Below are positions 1 to 37,700 of a DNA stretch of 64,000 nucleotides, piece by piece. The DNA comes from Owenia fusiformis. Its lineage: Eukaryota. The notes under the pieces are model-generated. The model was not told where the DNA came from. It made no database searches and saw only the letters and a program-made list of their open reading frames with translations. The stretch covers positions 10,788,001 to 10,852,000 of the forward strand of contig CAIIXF020000001.1 of the NCBI GenBank assembly GCA_903813345.2, read 5' to 3'. Within the stretch, counting starts at the first letter, position 1; each line of letters opens with the position of its first letter. The position numbers and the translations under genes were made by a program.

Positions 1-275
1 TTAGTTCTTTAAGACTGCAGCTTAAAAAATTCTCATGGGAAAGGTGTTGAAGGGTTGAAGAATCGCGGATATTGAAAATCACATTTTATCCATTTTCAGT
101 AATATTTGGTTAGGGCTTATAATTTCTGCAAATTTTAAGACTAAGAAAAATGTATGGAACCAACATAAATTTTAGACCTTCCTCTACAACATAGGAAAAT
201 AAAAAAGAATTCCTGCAAGTAATCAGGGAAATATGGCCCGTTGCAGGGGTTCACTTTTTTTGGACCACCCTGTAT
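1..275. mobile_element. End of a Tc1/mariner-like non-autonomous element, cut by the window edge
   Basis: Terminus ttttggaccaccctgTA. Related termini occur at about 1737-1817 and 61720-61738. Confidence 0.45.
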
Positions 276-958
276 ACAACATAATCCCTCTAGTTAGTTC
301 ACAGTTACAATGAGTGATCATGTGACTTTTATGATGAATATGGTCCCAAGAAAACATGAAGTTAAATGCATTCGTTTTGATTATCTCCACAACAAAATGA
401 CGATTGATGATTGTATTTAGTGCAGAGGAAGAAATACTGAGCTGTAGAGTATGTAAAACTTAGTGAACAGCAAAAAAGATTATCTGCAGTATTTTTTCTA
501 GATTTTTTGGATATGTGCTAATTGGAATCTCCTAATAGCTTTCCCTTTTAGAGAGAATATGGTATTCAAAATATATACCAATAACATTTTTTATTAATTA
601 CTTTTGTACATTCTTAACTTGATGTCTTTCATGAAAACTCTCTATTCCATGATCAGATTGTTTGTGCAGGTCAGTGGTCTTTGACATATTTCTATACACA
701 TATTTTAATGAATGCTTAAGCCTTGGTCACATTTACTCTATAGTGGGCATGGAGTGGCAGCTTCACAAAATTGATATTGAAAACCCACATTATACTGCTT
801 ATCCCTATATTTTATGCTGCATATTTTCTCAATTTTTGGAAGCTATGGTTGCCATACCATATGGTTGCTGTAGATCAGATGTTACTGAGACATTGGTTGA
901 TTTATGTTAACTTGATAATTATTTTTAAATTATTTTGTTAATTTCTCATGTTCTTCAG

Positions 959-1728
959 GTGGACTGAACATCTTCAACATAGCGAAAAAATTCAGCAATG
1001 CACGTTCTTCGAGTTTTTACTCTGACATATCATCTTTGTTGACACTTACCTCAAGGGGAACTCATGTCACGTTTGAGCGGGCATCTAATTACAGAATCAG
1101 CGAAAAGTTCTTTGAATTGCATAATCCACAATTTAGTGGTGAACTTGGTGGATATCTTAGCTTTGAAAAAATCAAAGATCGTCAAATATATGTGGAAGAC
1201 AAGCTGGTGTCAGTGGGAAACTCTTCAATATGTCTCGCCTCATCGATAATACACAATGGGGAGGCGATTGCCACTTTTGAGAGTCAGGTAGTGCACGTTG
1301 ATTGGAATTCACGCAAAGCTGTCCCACTTCCTGTTTGGTTCACTGAAAAATATCGGGAATTCATGAAAATTTCAAAGATAAAATTTACAACAAATATGAA
1401 CAAACCAAACAGCTCTTATTCATACAGTATCAAAGTGTCCGCAAGTGATTTGGACATGAATAATCATGTGAACATGGCTATTTACCTCCGGTATTGCTTA
1501 GATGCAGGGTATATGGCATGTAAAGATGGCGCTTATGAGGGTTTTGAGGGAGATCTTTTGACATATAAAGTGCAGAAATCGTCATGTCTGTTCTTTGGTG
1601 AAAGTGTACTTGAGGCATTGCTGTCTGTGTATACATGGGAAGATAGTACACAGAAAAATTTAATACATTTCCAAATTGAAAATAGTGATGAGAAATTAGT
1701 ATATTTCTGTTCTATGTGGTTTCATTAA
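959..1728 (+). CDS. Terminal coding exon of an acyl-ACP thioesterase-like (double hotdog-fold) protein; upstream exon(s) not identified
   Basis: Acceptor ttcttcAG at 957-958. Frame is open from 961 (GLNIFNIAKKF...) into ORF 1036-1728. Contains a hotdog-type segment (VGNSSICL...VVHVDWNSRKAVPLP) and SDLDMNNHVN, resembling the DLDMNQHVNN motif of acyl-ACP thioesterases. AATAAA at 1867-1872. Confidence 0.8.
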
Positions 1729-1904
1729 TTAGAACATACAAGGTGGGCCCAAAATGCAATCCAAATTAGCAATAGTGTACAATCAGAATGGGTAACATTT
1801 TTTCCCACCCTGTGTAACCATAAGTTTTAAATTCCTCTAAAGCATTTCTTGTTTAGAATATTTTTGAATAAAAAGAAAAGTCCAACAATTCTCAAAAAGT
1901 TGTG

Positions 1905-2358
1905 TCCTGAGGGAAATATGGATATCTTACTGAGGGCCCAGAGGGTCCTAGGTAAGATAACATATTTTCCGAGGGATATACTATCCTATAATTCAAAACA
2001 AAACATCACATAACTAATTTATCCTATGGCAAGTGAGGTTTCACAAGTGAAGTTTTCAGGACACCCAAATCCAAATTCCCCTGGAAAACATTGCTGTTCA
2101 GTATAGACACAGTCAATTTGTTAGAATTTCTTGCTTCTGTCAAAATAGATGCAGCAGATGGTAGAACTTTTCTAGACCAAAATGTTGATGGATTTCTCAA
2201 AAATAATGAGAACACTTCAATGGTGTCCTGAAAACCTCATTTGTGAAACCTTACTTGTCATAGGTTAAATTAGTTATGTGATGCTCTGCTTTGAATATGG
2301 GGTATATCCCTCTGGAAATATGACATCCTCTGTAAAATATCTATATTTCCCTCAAGAT
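1905..2358. repeat. Imperfect long inverted repeat (MITE-like palindrome)
   Basis: Arms about 1905-2065 and 2222-2358, e.g. catcacataactaattt / aaattagttatgtgatg and ttttcaggacacc / ggtgtcctgaaaa. Confidence 0.8.
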
Positions 2359-3107
2359 ATACCCTATATCGGAAACCTCCCATAACATAACCCTGGTGTT
2401 TCCCCACGATATATACTTATTTATATTATATTCAAATTACCATGTACTGCTTACTGTAGTTCTATTTAAATAAATATACAATAACTGTATCTTTTGACAA
2501 TCATGAATAATTGATTTTTTGTTCATTTTTAAGTTCTTATGCAAAATAATAAGCATTGTCTATAAATAGAGGTTAACTTCTGGGAAATATTGAGAAATGT
2601 CTCCATACTGAGGGCCAACATGATATTTTCTGAGGGACCAAACAATTATATTCCCTGTACTGGTGTTATTCACCAGAAAGTAATAGTATCATGGTATTTC
2701 ATATTATTTGCTGCATTGACTTGATATTAAGCTTAAAATAATTGATAGTTGGGAAAATTGTGTACATGAGTCAAGGATTATAAATAACTGAAATAAAGAA
2801 AGTAGTCTCTTGTTATAGAGAAAATTATTTCCATTTATTCAATATTCTGGTTTACAGAAATAACAAACAGCAATTATAATGCAGACAACATAATTTTTAA
2901 TAGCAGTGTACATTCTTAAAAAGGTTTGCAGATGAATCATTGTATATTTACATGTCATGGCTATTTGACCACAATTAAGTTCCTGCTTTTTTGCTTCTTT
3001 AAGTTTGGGGGGGGGGGTTCAATCAATCAATCAAGAAGCAATGAGCATTAAATTGAAATGGCTTGCCAGAGGGTGTGGGTGAAAAATCAGAATGAATGTT
3101 TTCAAAG

Positions 3108-3544
3108 TACAGTGTAAACTGTTAACCTCTTGAATCCCAGGCTCTAAAATTGGTGTGAAACCAGAGAATTTTTCATTTTTGCCAGCTTTTGACATCTCAA
3201 TACATGCATATACAATAGATTATGCTCAATTTAGTAGCAATAGTTGGCAGATATCATTTCTACATATTTTTCAGTTATTTTGTGTAAAATGGATGAAATT
3301 TGTTCAAATTAGAGTAATTTTAATGAAAAAATTTTGAGACAGATTATCTCGTCACTCTGGGTTTGAAAAATCTCGTCACTCTGGGTAATCAAGAGGTTAA
3401 AGTGGAACACCTCTGTAGAACACTTCTTTCAGAGTCCCAAGACCAACTGACTTAATATAAATTTAAAGTGATACATGAACCTCTATAAATGGTGCTACAC
3501 TTTAGAGGTACCAAAGGTGCTCCACTTTGACAGGTTTTACTGTA
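3108..3544. mobile_element. pogo/Tigger-like MITE interrupted by a TTAA element
   Basis: TA-flanked imperfect termini tacagtgtaaactgt ... acaggttttactgta. Relatives at about 33177-33967, 35786-35932, 55304, 63154-63304 and 63979. Confidence 0.55.
3126..3396. mobile_element. piggyBac-like MITE, family A
   Basis: TTAA on both sides, TIR CCTCTTGA...TCAAGAGG; a second copy lies inverted at 25339-25606. Confidence 0.8.
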
Positions 3545-4050
3545 CATGTATGAACTGCATTTACGAAAACAGTCATGAGGAGAGATAATACAAGCCAAAA
3601 AAAGATTCTTCAAAAGAGACAACAGTTGCTCTGTTTATTCTGATGAATATATATGTACTGTACTGACTACAGCTTCAAGCATAACACTGATCGGCCAATA
3701 CAACAATTTTTGATTGTACATTTTACTGGAATGCCTGCTTCCAGTGGGTAATATTTCTAGTCTACAGACAAACGGCATAAAAAGTGCTATCACTGTCACT
3801 TACAGTCCCAGGTAGCCCAAACTTCTATTATAGGAGTGTTCAAAAGTGACATTATCTTTGCCAAGGGGCGTTACAGGTGACATGAATGTATACAATCCAA
3901 AATATTGTCTAAATAAATTTCTCCATGGTAATTATGTATTGTTGGATTTATTTATGGAATACATTTTATCCTAATCTCAGTACCATTCTAAGTTCATATG
4001 AATTCATTTCTCTTTTTGAAATTAGGAAGTGACACGGGGGTTCATTTTGG

Positions 4051-4254
4051 CAGGCCCGTAGCCAGGGGGGGTTCGCAGGGTTCAGACGAACCCCCCCCTG
4101 GCCAAAAATTCTTTCAAATCATGCAGTTTTTCACCATTTTGAGTTCTTCTCAAGTGATTTTAGCCATATTTTGGCTAAAATTGTCAAATGTGAACCCCCC
4201 CTGGAAATTTTTGAAAAATGAACCCCCCCTTGGCAAATCCTGGCTACGGGCCTG
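4051..4254. mobile_element. MITE with a perfect 16-bp TIR and 6-bp TSD (hAT-like termini)
   Basis: CAGGCCCGTAGCCAGG ... CCTGGCTACGGGCCTG, flanked by TTTTGG at 4045-4050 and 4255-4260. Confidence 0.85.
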
Positions 4255-4300
4255 TTTTGGTATGATTGTAAATTACGATTTTGAGAAAACCATGGTCTCC

Positions 4301-4486
4301 TTTTGATGAAAAATGATTTCCGACCAAATCGTAAGTTACGACGGTTCCAAAAACAGGACCCCAAAACAAAGCAAGACCCATGGGTATTTTGATTGAATTT
4401 TGATGAAAAATGATTTGCGACCAAATCGTAAGTTAAGACGGTTCCAAAAACAGACCCCAAAACAAAGCAAGACCCATGGGTATTTT
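4301..4486. repeat. Direct tandem duplication of about 90 bp
   Basis: Two near-identical copies of ttttgatgaaaaatgatt...gacccatgggtatttt. Confidence 0.85.
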
Positions 4487-5089
4487 GTATACAAAAGTCT
4501 ATAGGAGCCTTGACCTAATAAAGTAAAGGGTGTGTAGGACTCTTAATATATCATCAATGTTTCATCTTAAATTTGCTTATTTTTTATTTTTAACTATTAT
4601 GATTCATATGCCATTTTCTGCTGCAACAAATTGAAAAACTCTAAATGAAATTCAGACAAATGATTTTGTGTTATTAACCCCTTTGGGGTCCATGGCTGAC
4701 TAACAATGTAACTACGTATGTAACTACAAAGCACTATTAAGCTCACTCAACAAAGTATTCAAATATGATTCATATCTTTATAATGTAATGTTCCACTGAT
4801 TCATGTATAATAACAATGCAGATTGGAGAATAAGAAAATAACAAATAAGTATAACAATCAGTCTTATGACACACCTGTCAGTTATTTTGAAACATAATAG
4901 TAACAAAATACAGCAAAACTTGTATATGTTAACAATTGGAAATGCTGACATACGATACTTTACTGTCATACATGTCATACCTCATCATGTTGACAATGAA
5001 TATTGTTGAACCTTAATAATGCCTCAACATCAATCATGTCGATCCCTCATGTTTCAAAACATCCTACACGTTTACATTCATTGCCTCAA

Positions 5090-5400
5090 CTATGTTAACA
5101 CAAACAGATCATCTCAAATGTTAACACATAAATAACATGTCAAACGGTAACATGAACATGTCAAATGTTAACACATACAGAACATGTCAATTGGCAACAT
5201 ATACAGAATAAGTAAAATGTCAACACATACAGAACATGTCAATTGGCAACATATACAGAATAAGTAAAGTGTTAACACATACAGAACATGTCAAATGTTA
5301 ACATATACAGAACATGCCAAATGTTAACATATACAAAACATGCCAAATGTTAACATATACAGAACATGTCAAATGTTAACATATACAGAACATGTCAAAT
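5090..5400. repeat. 26-bp minisatellite (atgttaacatatacagaacatgtcaa), about 11 copies
   Basis: Directly visible tandem units, degenerate at the left end. Confidence 0.9.
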
Positions 5401-7777
5401 CTGATCACAAGAACATTCACATTGCACAAGTTTTACTGCACTTCAAGAATGGGCAACAATACTTTGAGTGCAAAGAATTGTATTGAATGAACCATCGAAT
5501 TTAACAGTATACCATTTAACAAGAGGTATTTCTGGCTGGGTTCAACAATCAACAAACATGTATGCCAAGCTGCAAATAAATAAGCTCATATTTTGTTCAA
5601 ACCATATACATCATAACAACAAAGGTCTATAATCACATGTCTCAACACACACACATACAAATGGAACTGACTGTGTATACATGGTACTATATGATAAACC
5701 GATATTTATAACAGGGTGTGCCATAATTAGTGTACACACTGGCCCATCTCTACAGACCATGCAATAATTTCAGTGAATACATGAAATAACATGACAATCG
5801 TTCTGGAATTCAAGTTTGCCAAGTATGAATGAAATCCTTATGATGCTGACCCTGAATATGAAGCTTAGTACAATTCTCAATGGCATCATGAAGATATAGG
5901 CAAGCAGATAATGCACTTTAAGAGGCCAACATCTTCATAATGGCCCTTTCTTCACAATTCTGATTTAAAACATTAGAACAATTCAAAATTTTGGACTTCC
6001 GCTCTTTGTTATTACATTGATCAATCTTCTGTGAATCTGAGGTTCATGGTTGAAGGGTAAAGCTATGCATTTTGTTTATTTGTTCTTAAAATGCATTGTT
6101 GGTAATTAACCTTTGATATAGCATGGGTGTAGCAAGGTAGGAGGCCTCAAAATTTTACAGAAAATATTTTTGGATGTTTAGTCGACTAAAAGTACAAAAA
6201 AGTATGTCTCATATAAATATAATAATTTACACTGGCTTAAAATTTGCCTCACCTACTAAATTTGCCTCACCCTTGTAGAGGTCCACCATCCTGACTAAGC
6301 CCATATTAGGTATTTTCAATGACAAACGTGAGAAGCCTCATAAGTATTTATTTCTATTTGTATGCAAGCCTTTGTTTGCAGATGTACCAGTCAGTCTATT
6401 ATGTTGAATCAATTATTACACTGTACAGAACGTTTACATATTGCTGGAAAGTTGTGTAAATGATCTGGCCTTTTATAATTGCACATTATATCGAAGCAAT
6501 AAGCATGCAAAATCTGGTGTTTATTGCAACTACATGTATTTATCACACTCTGTTATCCATAATATAACATAACCTCAGATTAAGTACAATTATTAAAGAC
6601 AAATAAAATCAGCAATTCATTTAATTTATTAGCAAAGTCTCAAAGTTGACATACTCTGCACACTTCAGTGGAGCCACTTTGGACTATATATAAATAAATA
6701 TTTTCCATTGATGAAATCTAGGATAGGATTATTCAACTGTTTTTGATAATTGGACAAAACGGTGTGAAAGAAATCAACATGTAATAGGTCATGACCAAAT
6801 CCAAAATTTAGTTGACCAAGTTCAAAACCTCAATTATTGCAACCATGAAGTATTGACTTAGTATTTTTTATTAGTTATTTTTCACATTTTAAAGGATGTA
6901 ATTTGTTTTACTATATTCTAAGTAGTAGTTATAACAGCACTTCTGGGCTCATTACCTTCCATTTCACTGTAGGCTTAGAATGTGTGCATTCAATTGAAAG
7001 GGGTTTCTAAAATAACACACCTGATGGTATAGTACTAGTTTGCTTCAAAAGATATGCAGAACAAATATGTTACTGCATGAATGGCTTCACAACCTAGTGT
7101 TATGTAGAAAGTGTGTTACATTTAAATTGATCCGCGGCCTAGCATGTAAATAATCAGTATGACACCTAGCATGTTAAACAGTGCATATATGTAGCAATGC
7201 ATGTTTACCTAGTATATTACACAATACACAGGCTAGCTTGTTTAAAAGTTTGAACTCTTGTTGCATGTTAAACCAATGCATTGCATGTTTTACCAGTCTA
7301 GCATATTACATAATGCACATGCTAGCATGTTCAAACAATTTGTAGCCTAGCATGTTAAGGAATGCACAGCACTGCATGTTTTTACCAGACTGAAGCCTGG
7401 CATTAGCTAAACCATTGCATAGCATTTTAACTATCTAGTTAGTAGCTTTGCATGTTAAACCACTGCCCAGCATAGTATTTTTTAATTGCCATGTAACCTT
7501 TTCATATGTGTAGACTAATCTAATGCATCCAATGTTGCATATTTGAGCCGTTGTGTAGCCTATTATATTTAACTTACATAGGTTCTTGCATTAAAACAGT
7601 CAATACTCAATACAGACAAGGGGTGCATATATGACCCAACATAATATACAACAATTCAATCCCACCAGAACACATATATCATAAACAAATAATAAAAAAC
7701 AACACGCATAATACAAAAACAACTTGGTGATTCCTTTAAATAAAATAGTTAAAATTGCCTATAAAAATATCTTTGTT

Positions 7778-32269
<24,492 letters not shown>

Positions 32270-33280
32270 CTTTAGGTTTCCTAAAAAAATAAAAATTACT
32301 TCAATGAGAATTGGTCACTGTTCAAATCACTTCTGTATATAACATCAATGTAATCTTTGGATGTCAAAATATAAACAAAATATACCACAAATTATTTAAT
32401 GTATTAAACATGGATATTCTGATACCCAATGTAATACTAACACAACCTCGCTCTAGTCATGACTCTGTATTATATATATTCTTTCCATGCTTTTAATGCT
32501 GTAATGGATCTGAGCTCATATCAAACCTCTCAAAGATGTGCCATAAATACCCCTGAACTAGGTGATTATTCTTGTATAAGAGAAAACTGAGAGCTGTTTT
32601 ATAACCAAGTAAGATCTTCACTTATGTTGGCATGTTGTTCCCTTGATAACGCAGCCTGACCCTGAATGCCATACTTACCACCAAAAGGAAATATCAATAA
32701 AATAGAGACATGGCAATGTAAGAGATGCTGCATTTGTTTTACAAAGACTCAGTAAAATACCAATCACAAAATGAATATATTTTACATCCTTAAACTTGAA
32801 TATGAGTACCTGGGGAGTAGGATAAAACCAGGTGAATATGATTATTCTGATTGTTTTTTCATAGTAACACTTATATTCACTGGCATTATTCACTGGTTGT
32901 TTTCACAAAATTGCCTGTTATTTTTAGGGACTTTTCAATGTTAAATTTATGATTTCCATTAATTTCGCCTGTTGTTTTCATTTATCTAGCCTGTTGTGAG
33001 AAACTCTAGTGAAACCCCTAGTTGAGCATGAAATAATTACTTCTACACCTGTTAACCTGAGAGTCTCATCTTCAGGTGACAGTATGAAAATAAGTTAATG
33101 GAATCAACCTTACCACCTTGTACTGATATCACCTTTTGTAAGCCACTCCCTAATAACAGGAATCAAAGATCACGTAGTGAAACCTGTATATCCATTCACC
33201 TCTCTACTCTAATATAATATGAAAATCTCTCAATCTGAACACTTTTAAGACCCATTTTTTAATTCATAGACTTCCATGTT

Positions 33281-33890
33281 AAACAAGGCACAGACGTGAA
33301 CAATATCGTACCTAAAACACAGCAGTGTGACAGTGAAGAATTTAGGATGGAAAATCCAAAATTGCCACCTTAAAATTTACCCAGAATGCCCAAAAACTAA
33401 TCAGTTCTTAACTTTGATACGTAGAAACATCCCTGAAAATTTCAGATGAATCCATCAAATGGTTTGGCTGGAAACCTGTAGACAAGTCTTGAAAGTGAAG
33501 ATTTTAGGACGGAAAATCCAAAATGGCCACCTTAAAATTTACCCAGAATGCCCAAAAACTAATCAGTTCTTAACTTTGATATGTAGAAACATTCCTGAAA
33601 ATTTCAGATGAATCCGTCAAATGGTTTGGCTGGAAACCTGTAGACAAGTCTTGAAAGTGAAGATTTTAGGACGGAAAATCCAAAATGGCCACCTTAAAAT
33701 TTACCCAGAATGCCCAAAAACTTAACAGTTCTTAACTTTGATACGTAGAAACATTCCTGAAAATTTCAGATGAATCTGTCAAATGGTTTGGCTGGAAACC
33801 TGTAGACAAGCTGAAAAGTGAGACGCCGCCCGCCCGCCGCCCGCCCGTCAAGCTGATGACAATACCGTACCTTTATTAGGTACGATAAAA
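33281..33890. mobile_element. Helentron/HINE-like element with three 162-bp core repeats
   Basis: Subterminal IR tatcgtaccta / taggtacgata, stem-loop cgtacct-ttatt-aggtacg, units at 33333, 33495 and 33657, (CCGC)n tract. Confidence 0.8.
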
Positions 33891-34094
33891 ACTCAAAATA
33901 TGAACACCTCCTAATTTGAATACTTTTTGGCTGATCACAGTGGTGTTTGGATAAGACAAGTTTTACCATATTTTTATTATAGCACAAATCAACCAAGAAT
34001 TATTTTTTGTTTCTCAATAAAAAAGTAAAATGTTACTAAGTATGCAATCTAATTTAAGCATTGCTACCATTTCAAGTTTAAAGTAGTATATACA

Positions 34095-34754
34095 TAGCAC
34101 AGTGATAAATATCGCACTTTGAAGAGCAAACTGGCCACTATGCAATTTACCCAGCATGGCCAAAACCTAATCAGAAATTACTAGTCTGCTCTTGCATCTA
34201 AAATCCAAAATATCAATTTAGAAAATCAACTTTTTTGACCTTTTCAAGGTCACTGAAGGTGAATGAAAGGTCAAATCTGAAATCTAAGGTCAGATTTGAA
34301 CTTCTGAGAACTTGTAGATGTTTTTAAAAAAAAATCTGGTCAATTTGGAGCAAGTTGAAAAATTCAAAATGGCCGCCAAATTGAAAAATTCAAAATGGCC
34401 ACCATGTAATTCAGCCAGCATACCCAAAACCTAATCAGATCTTGGCAATAGTCTGCTCTTGCATCTGTAAAAATTTCAAGTTGAACGGATAAGTGGTTTT
34501 CCTGGAATTTTGATGACAAGATTTGTTGAAAAATTCAAAATGGCCGCCACATAGTTTACCCAGCATGCCCTTAACCTAATCAGATCTTGGTACTAGTCTG
34601 CTCTTGCATCTGTAAAAATTTCAAGTTGAACAGGTAAGCAGTTATCCTGGAAATTTGATGACAAGATTTTGTTTATGTCCCGCCCGCCCGCACGCCCACC
34701 CGCCCAACAGCACAAGACGACGACAATATAGCACTTTTTCAAAGTGCGATAATT
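34095..34754. mobile_element. Helentron/HINE-like element, third family
   Basis: Subterminal IR tatcgcactttgaa / ttcaaagtgcgata, internal repeats, (CGCC)n tract. Fragments at about 42700-42893 and 44275-44390. Confidence 0.78.
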
Positions 34755-37700
34755 TAATAATAATAAAAAGGGATCATTGATTTGGTGCTGATAAGAATAC
34801 ATGGGATCAATGATCTAGTTTGATCCTGCCTCCTTAAAAGAGAGCTTCATCTCACTTTTTGAGTTTAAGATAATCTTTTGATTGTGCCTTGAATGAGAAT
34901 ATAGAGAAATATGTCTTTCAAATTGAATTTTATGCTTTCTATGCTTTCATAAGTATGTGGTATTTATATCATGTTCAAACTCCTATTAAAGGCTGTAATA
35001 ACTGCGTGGTGTCATTAAGATCTTAACAATATCAAAATTGTATATTTCTGTTCTATTCAGAGTTCAGTTAGTTCATGGCTCTGTACCCAAGATGCTCAGG
35101 GTAGCGATTAACTGAACGTGACTCGATAAAGGAATATAATGCAGAATTCAGTGTTCCAGATTCCACCCAAGTAGGAACCCCACATGCCTGACGTTGCAGC
35201 TGCATGCAACACATATCTTGTATCAATAACAGATATATGAAGGTTAGAGGTGGCTGAATTAAAAGCAAATTAACCAAGACAAAACCTCAGTTAAAGATAG
35301 GGCTAGTAGGATCTCTATTGTGGCTTTGTGTATTATCATGGTATGTGAAATACTATCTACAGTATTCAGTTGGAATTATCAAGTTTCAATCTTATATATT
35401 TTTTTTAAATGAGTGGTTGTTAATGTTGATCAAAATGAGTTGTGAGGTTATTAAAACAGAGAGCTAAAATTAGAGTACTCATTTGAAAAAGTGGTGATTT
35501 TCAATATGAGTGTTGCTTGTATGAAAGTGGTAGCATCACCACTCAGTACTGCAACACGGAGAACACTGTTATTGGTAAGTATAACTATAAAATGATGTGG
35601 AAGGTTACAAGAATCAATTTTCATTATCAATGGTTTCATGAAACTATGTTATGATGGGGTAATCAAAACAGCACATTTTGGCATTTTTGATACAAAACAT
35701 GGAAAAGTAGAAAAGGCAACTCTAGTTACAAATCCCAATAAACAAAATATATCCTCTTTATGGTTATTTCATACTTGACCTAGAGAGTAAAACCTGACCT
35801 GAACACCTCTTAATGTGAACACTTTCTCAATCTCATGTTGACTTACAAATGGAAAAACCTTGAAACATGAACACCTCCTAATCCAAACACTTTTGGCGGG
35901 TCCCAGTAGCATTTAGATAACACAGGTTTTACTCCACCTGCCATTTGTTACAGACAGTGACTGCTAAACACCAACTACAAAACACCAACCACCAAACACC
36001 ATCCAATCAACTTAAAACAGCAAAGTAACACTTTCCAATATTTATATTTTGAAGTAGGGAATCAAACATGGGACCAGTGTATCAACGGTAATTTGCTTTA
36101 GAGGACATTAAGGGCTATTGTCGGACACAGGGTATTGTTGGACGATCAAAAATATCTTTTGTTTTTTATGATTAATTAGACACATCATTTTATAGATACA
36201 TTGATATATATTTTAAAGGGTCTAACAATGCCCCGGATTTTCACATGATACCAAGGGTTTTTCTGGGAATGCCCCGTGGCCGAGAATGTCCATAGTTTTG
36301 TCTACTACCGAGCTGCTTATGTAAACACTCTAGACTATATATAGGAGCTGAGTTTGACTATGTAATGGTTTTAACAACTGCACAAAGTTAATTTCTTATT
36401 GAGATGATACACTTCCTTTGGTATTTAAATAATCTGAGACAAACTATAAACATGCTTTATAGGAAATCTGATAAGAGGAAACTACCATCCCAAGCAAAAT
36501 TGAACGGATTAGAATTAGAAGGAATATCATGAGAACTAAAACATAACTACAGTGTACAATACTCATAGGAAAATAAGTGTATAATGAATCGAGCAAACCT
36601 ATAGATATTAAAAAGGTCATTAGAAATGTGCTTTCTGAGGAGGGGAATGTTGAGTCAAAATATTCTGAAATTGGTAATTATTTTTGAAAAAGTTTTCCTT
36701 CAATCTGAATCTACCTTAAGTGAGCCAGCTGTGCAAAACTTATGATTATTCTCAAAATGCTGCCATGTGAGCTGCTTGTTTGATTAAAGATTGAAATCAA
36801 AACTCGACAGACTTAAATTTCCCTGAAATACTATTCTAATGAGACCTGTTAGGAAGTGGTATCTATATTTATACAAAACATATGTTAACTTACAGTTTGT
36901 TACTTCATATGCTTATTCAGACATAGGATTCTAATGAGATAAAATTAGTATGCCATCTGATTCAATGATTATATAATATAGATGGCACTTCCCATTTCCT
37001 ATAAATTAATAGCTATGCCCATGTATGGCATATGAAGATTAGGACCAAATTCTAGAGCTGGTATTTACGTAGTTATCAAAAATTATGGTGGATATTTTGA
37101 AATTCAGTAGCTCCTATGTCCTTAAAGCACCATATAAAAATTAGAACTAAATCTGTCAACTGGTACTTAAGTTATCAAGGTTTATATTTTTCCAAAATGA
37201 CAGCCATTTTGAATTGAGTGACCATATTGAAAATTCATTCTCAAGCAGAAGTCACATGCCCATAAAGCATCAGCCTATAAGATTTGAACCAATTTGTCAA
37301 CCAGTGTTTAAGTTATCACCCAATAGACAAATGAATAGATAAATGGAAAGATGAACAAATGGACAAATGGATGGATGGACAGACAGATAGACAGCCTCTC
37401 TATATCCAAAGTTCAGTGGGATAATTAGATGCTGCTACAACAAGCCATGCAATATTCTGATACTTATCACCATCTTTCTGTTTCACTTTATTATAAACAG
37501 ATTTTAACTTCAGTTGGATAGAAACATCTGATTTTACAATATACCTAGTTTAAGACCCCTGCCATTATATATGCCCAACCCTATAGTATTTCTCCAACCA
37601 TCAGAAATAATTCCAGCCAGTCTATTATGGACTAATGAAATGGTAAGAATGTAAATAGTTCAGTAAATTGGCGAGAAATTGAACACCTAAGTTATTTCTG

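Noticed and set aside
3998-4460. ORFs of 102 and 109 aa
   Set aside because: They overlap a MITE and a local duplication and show no protein-like features.
7070-7500. Cluster of (T/A)GCATG motifs resembling RBFOX sites in the 3' UTR
   Set aside because: The TGCATG hexamers lie on the plus strand, antisense to the host mRNA; best read as a degenerate tandem repeat.
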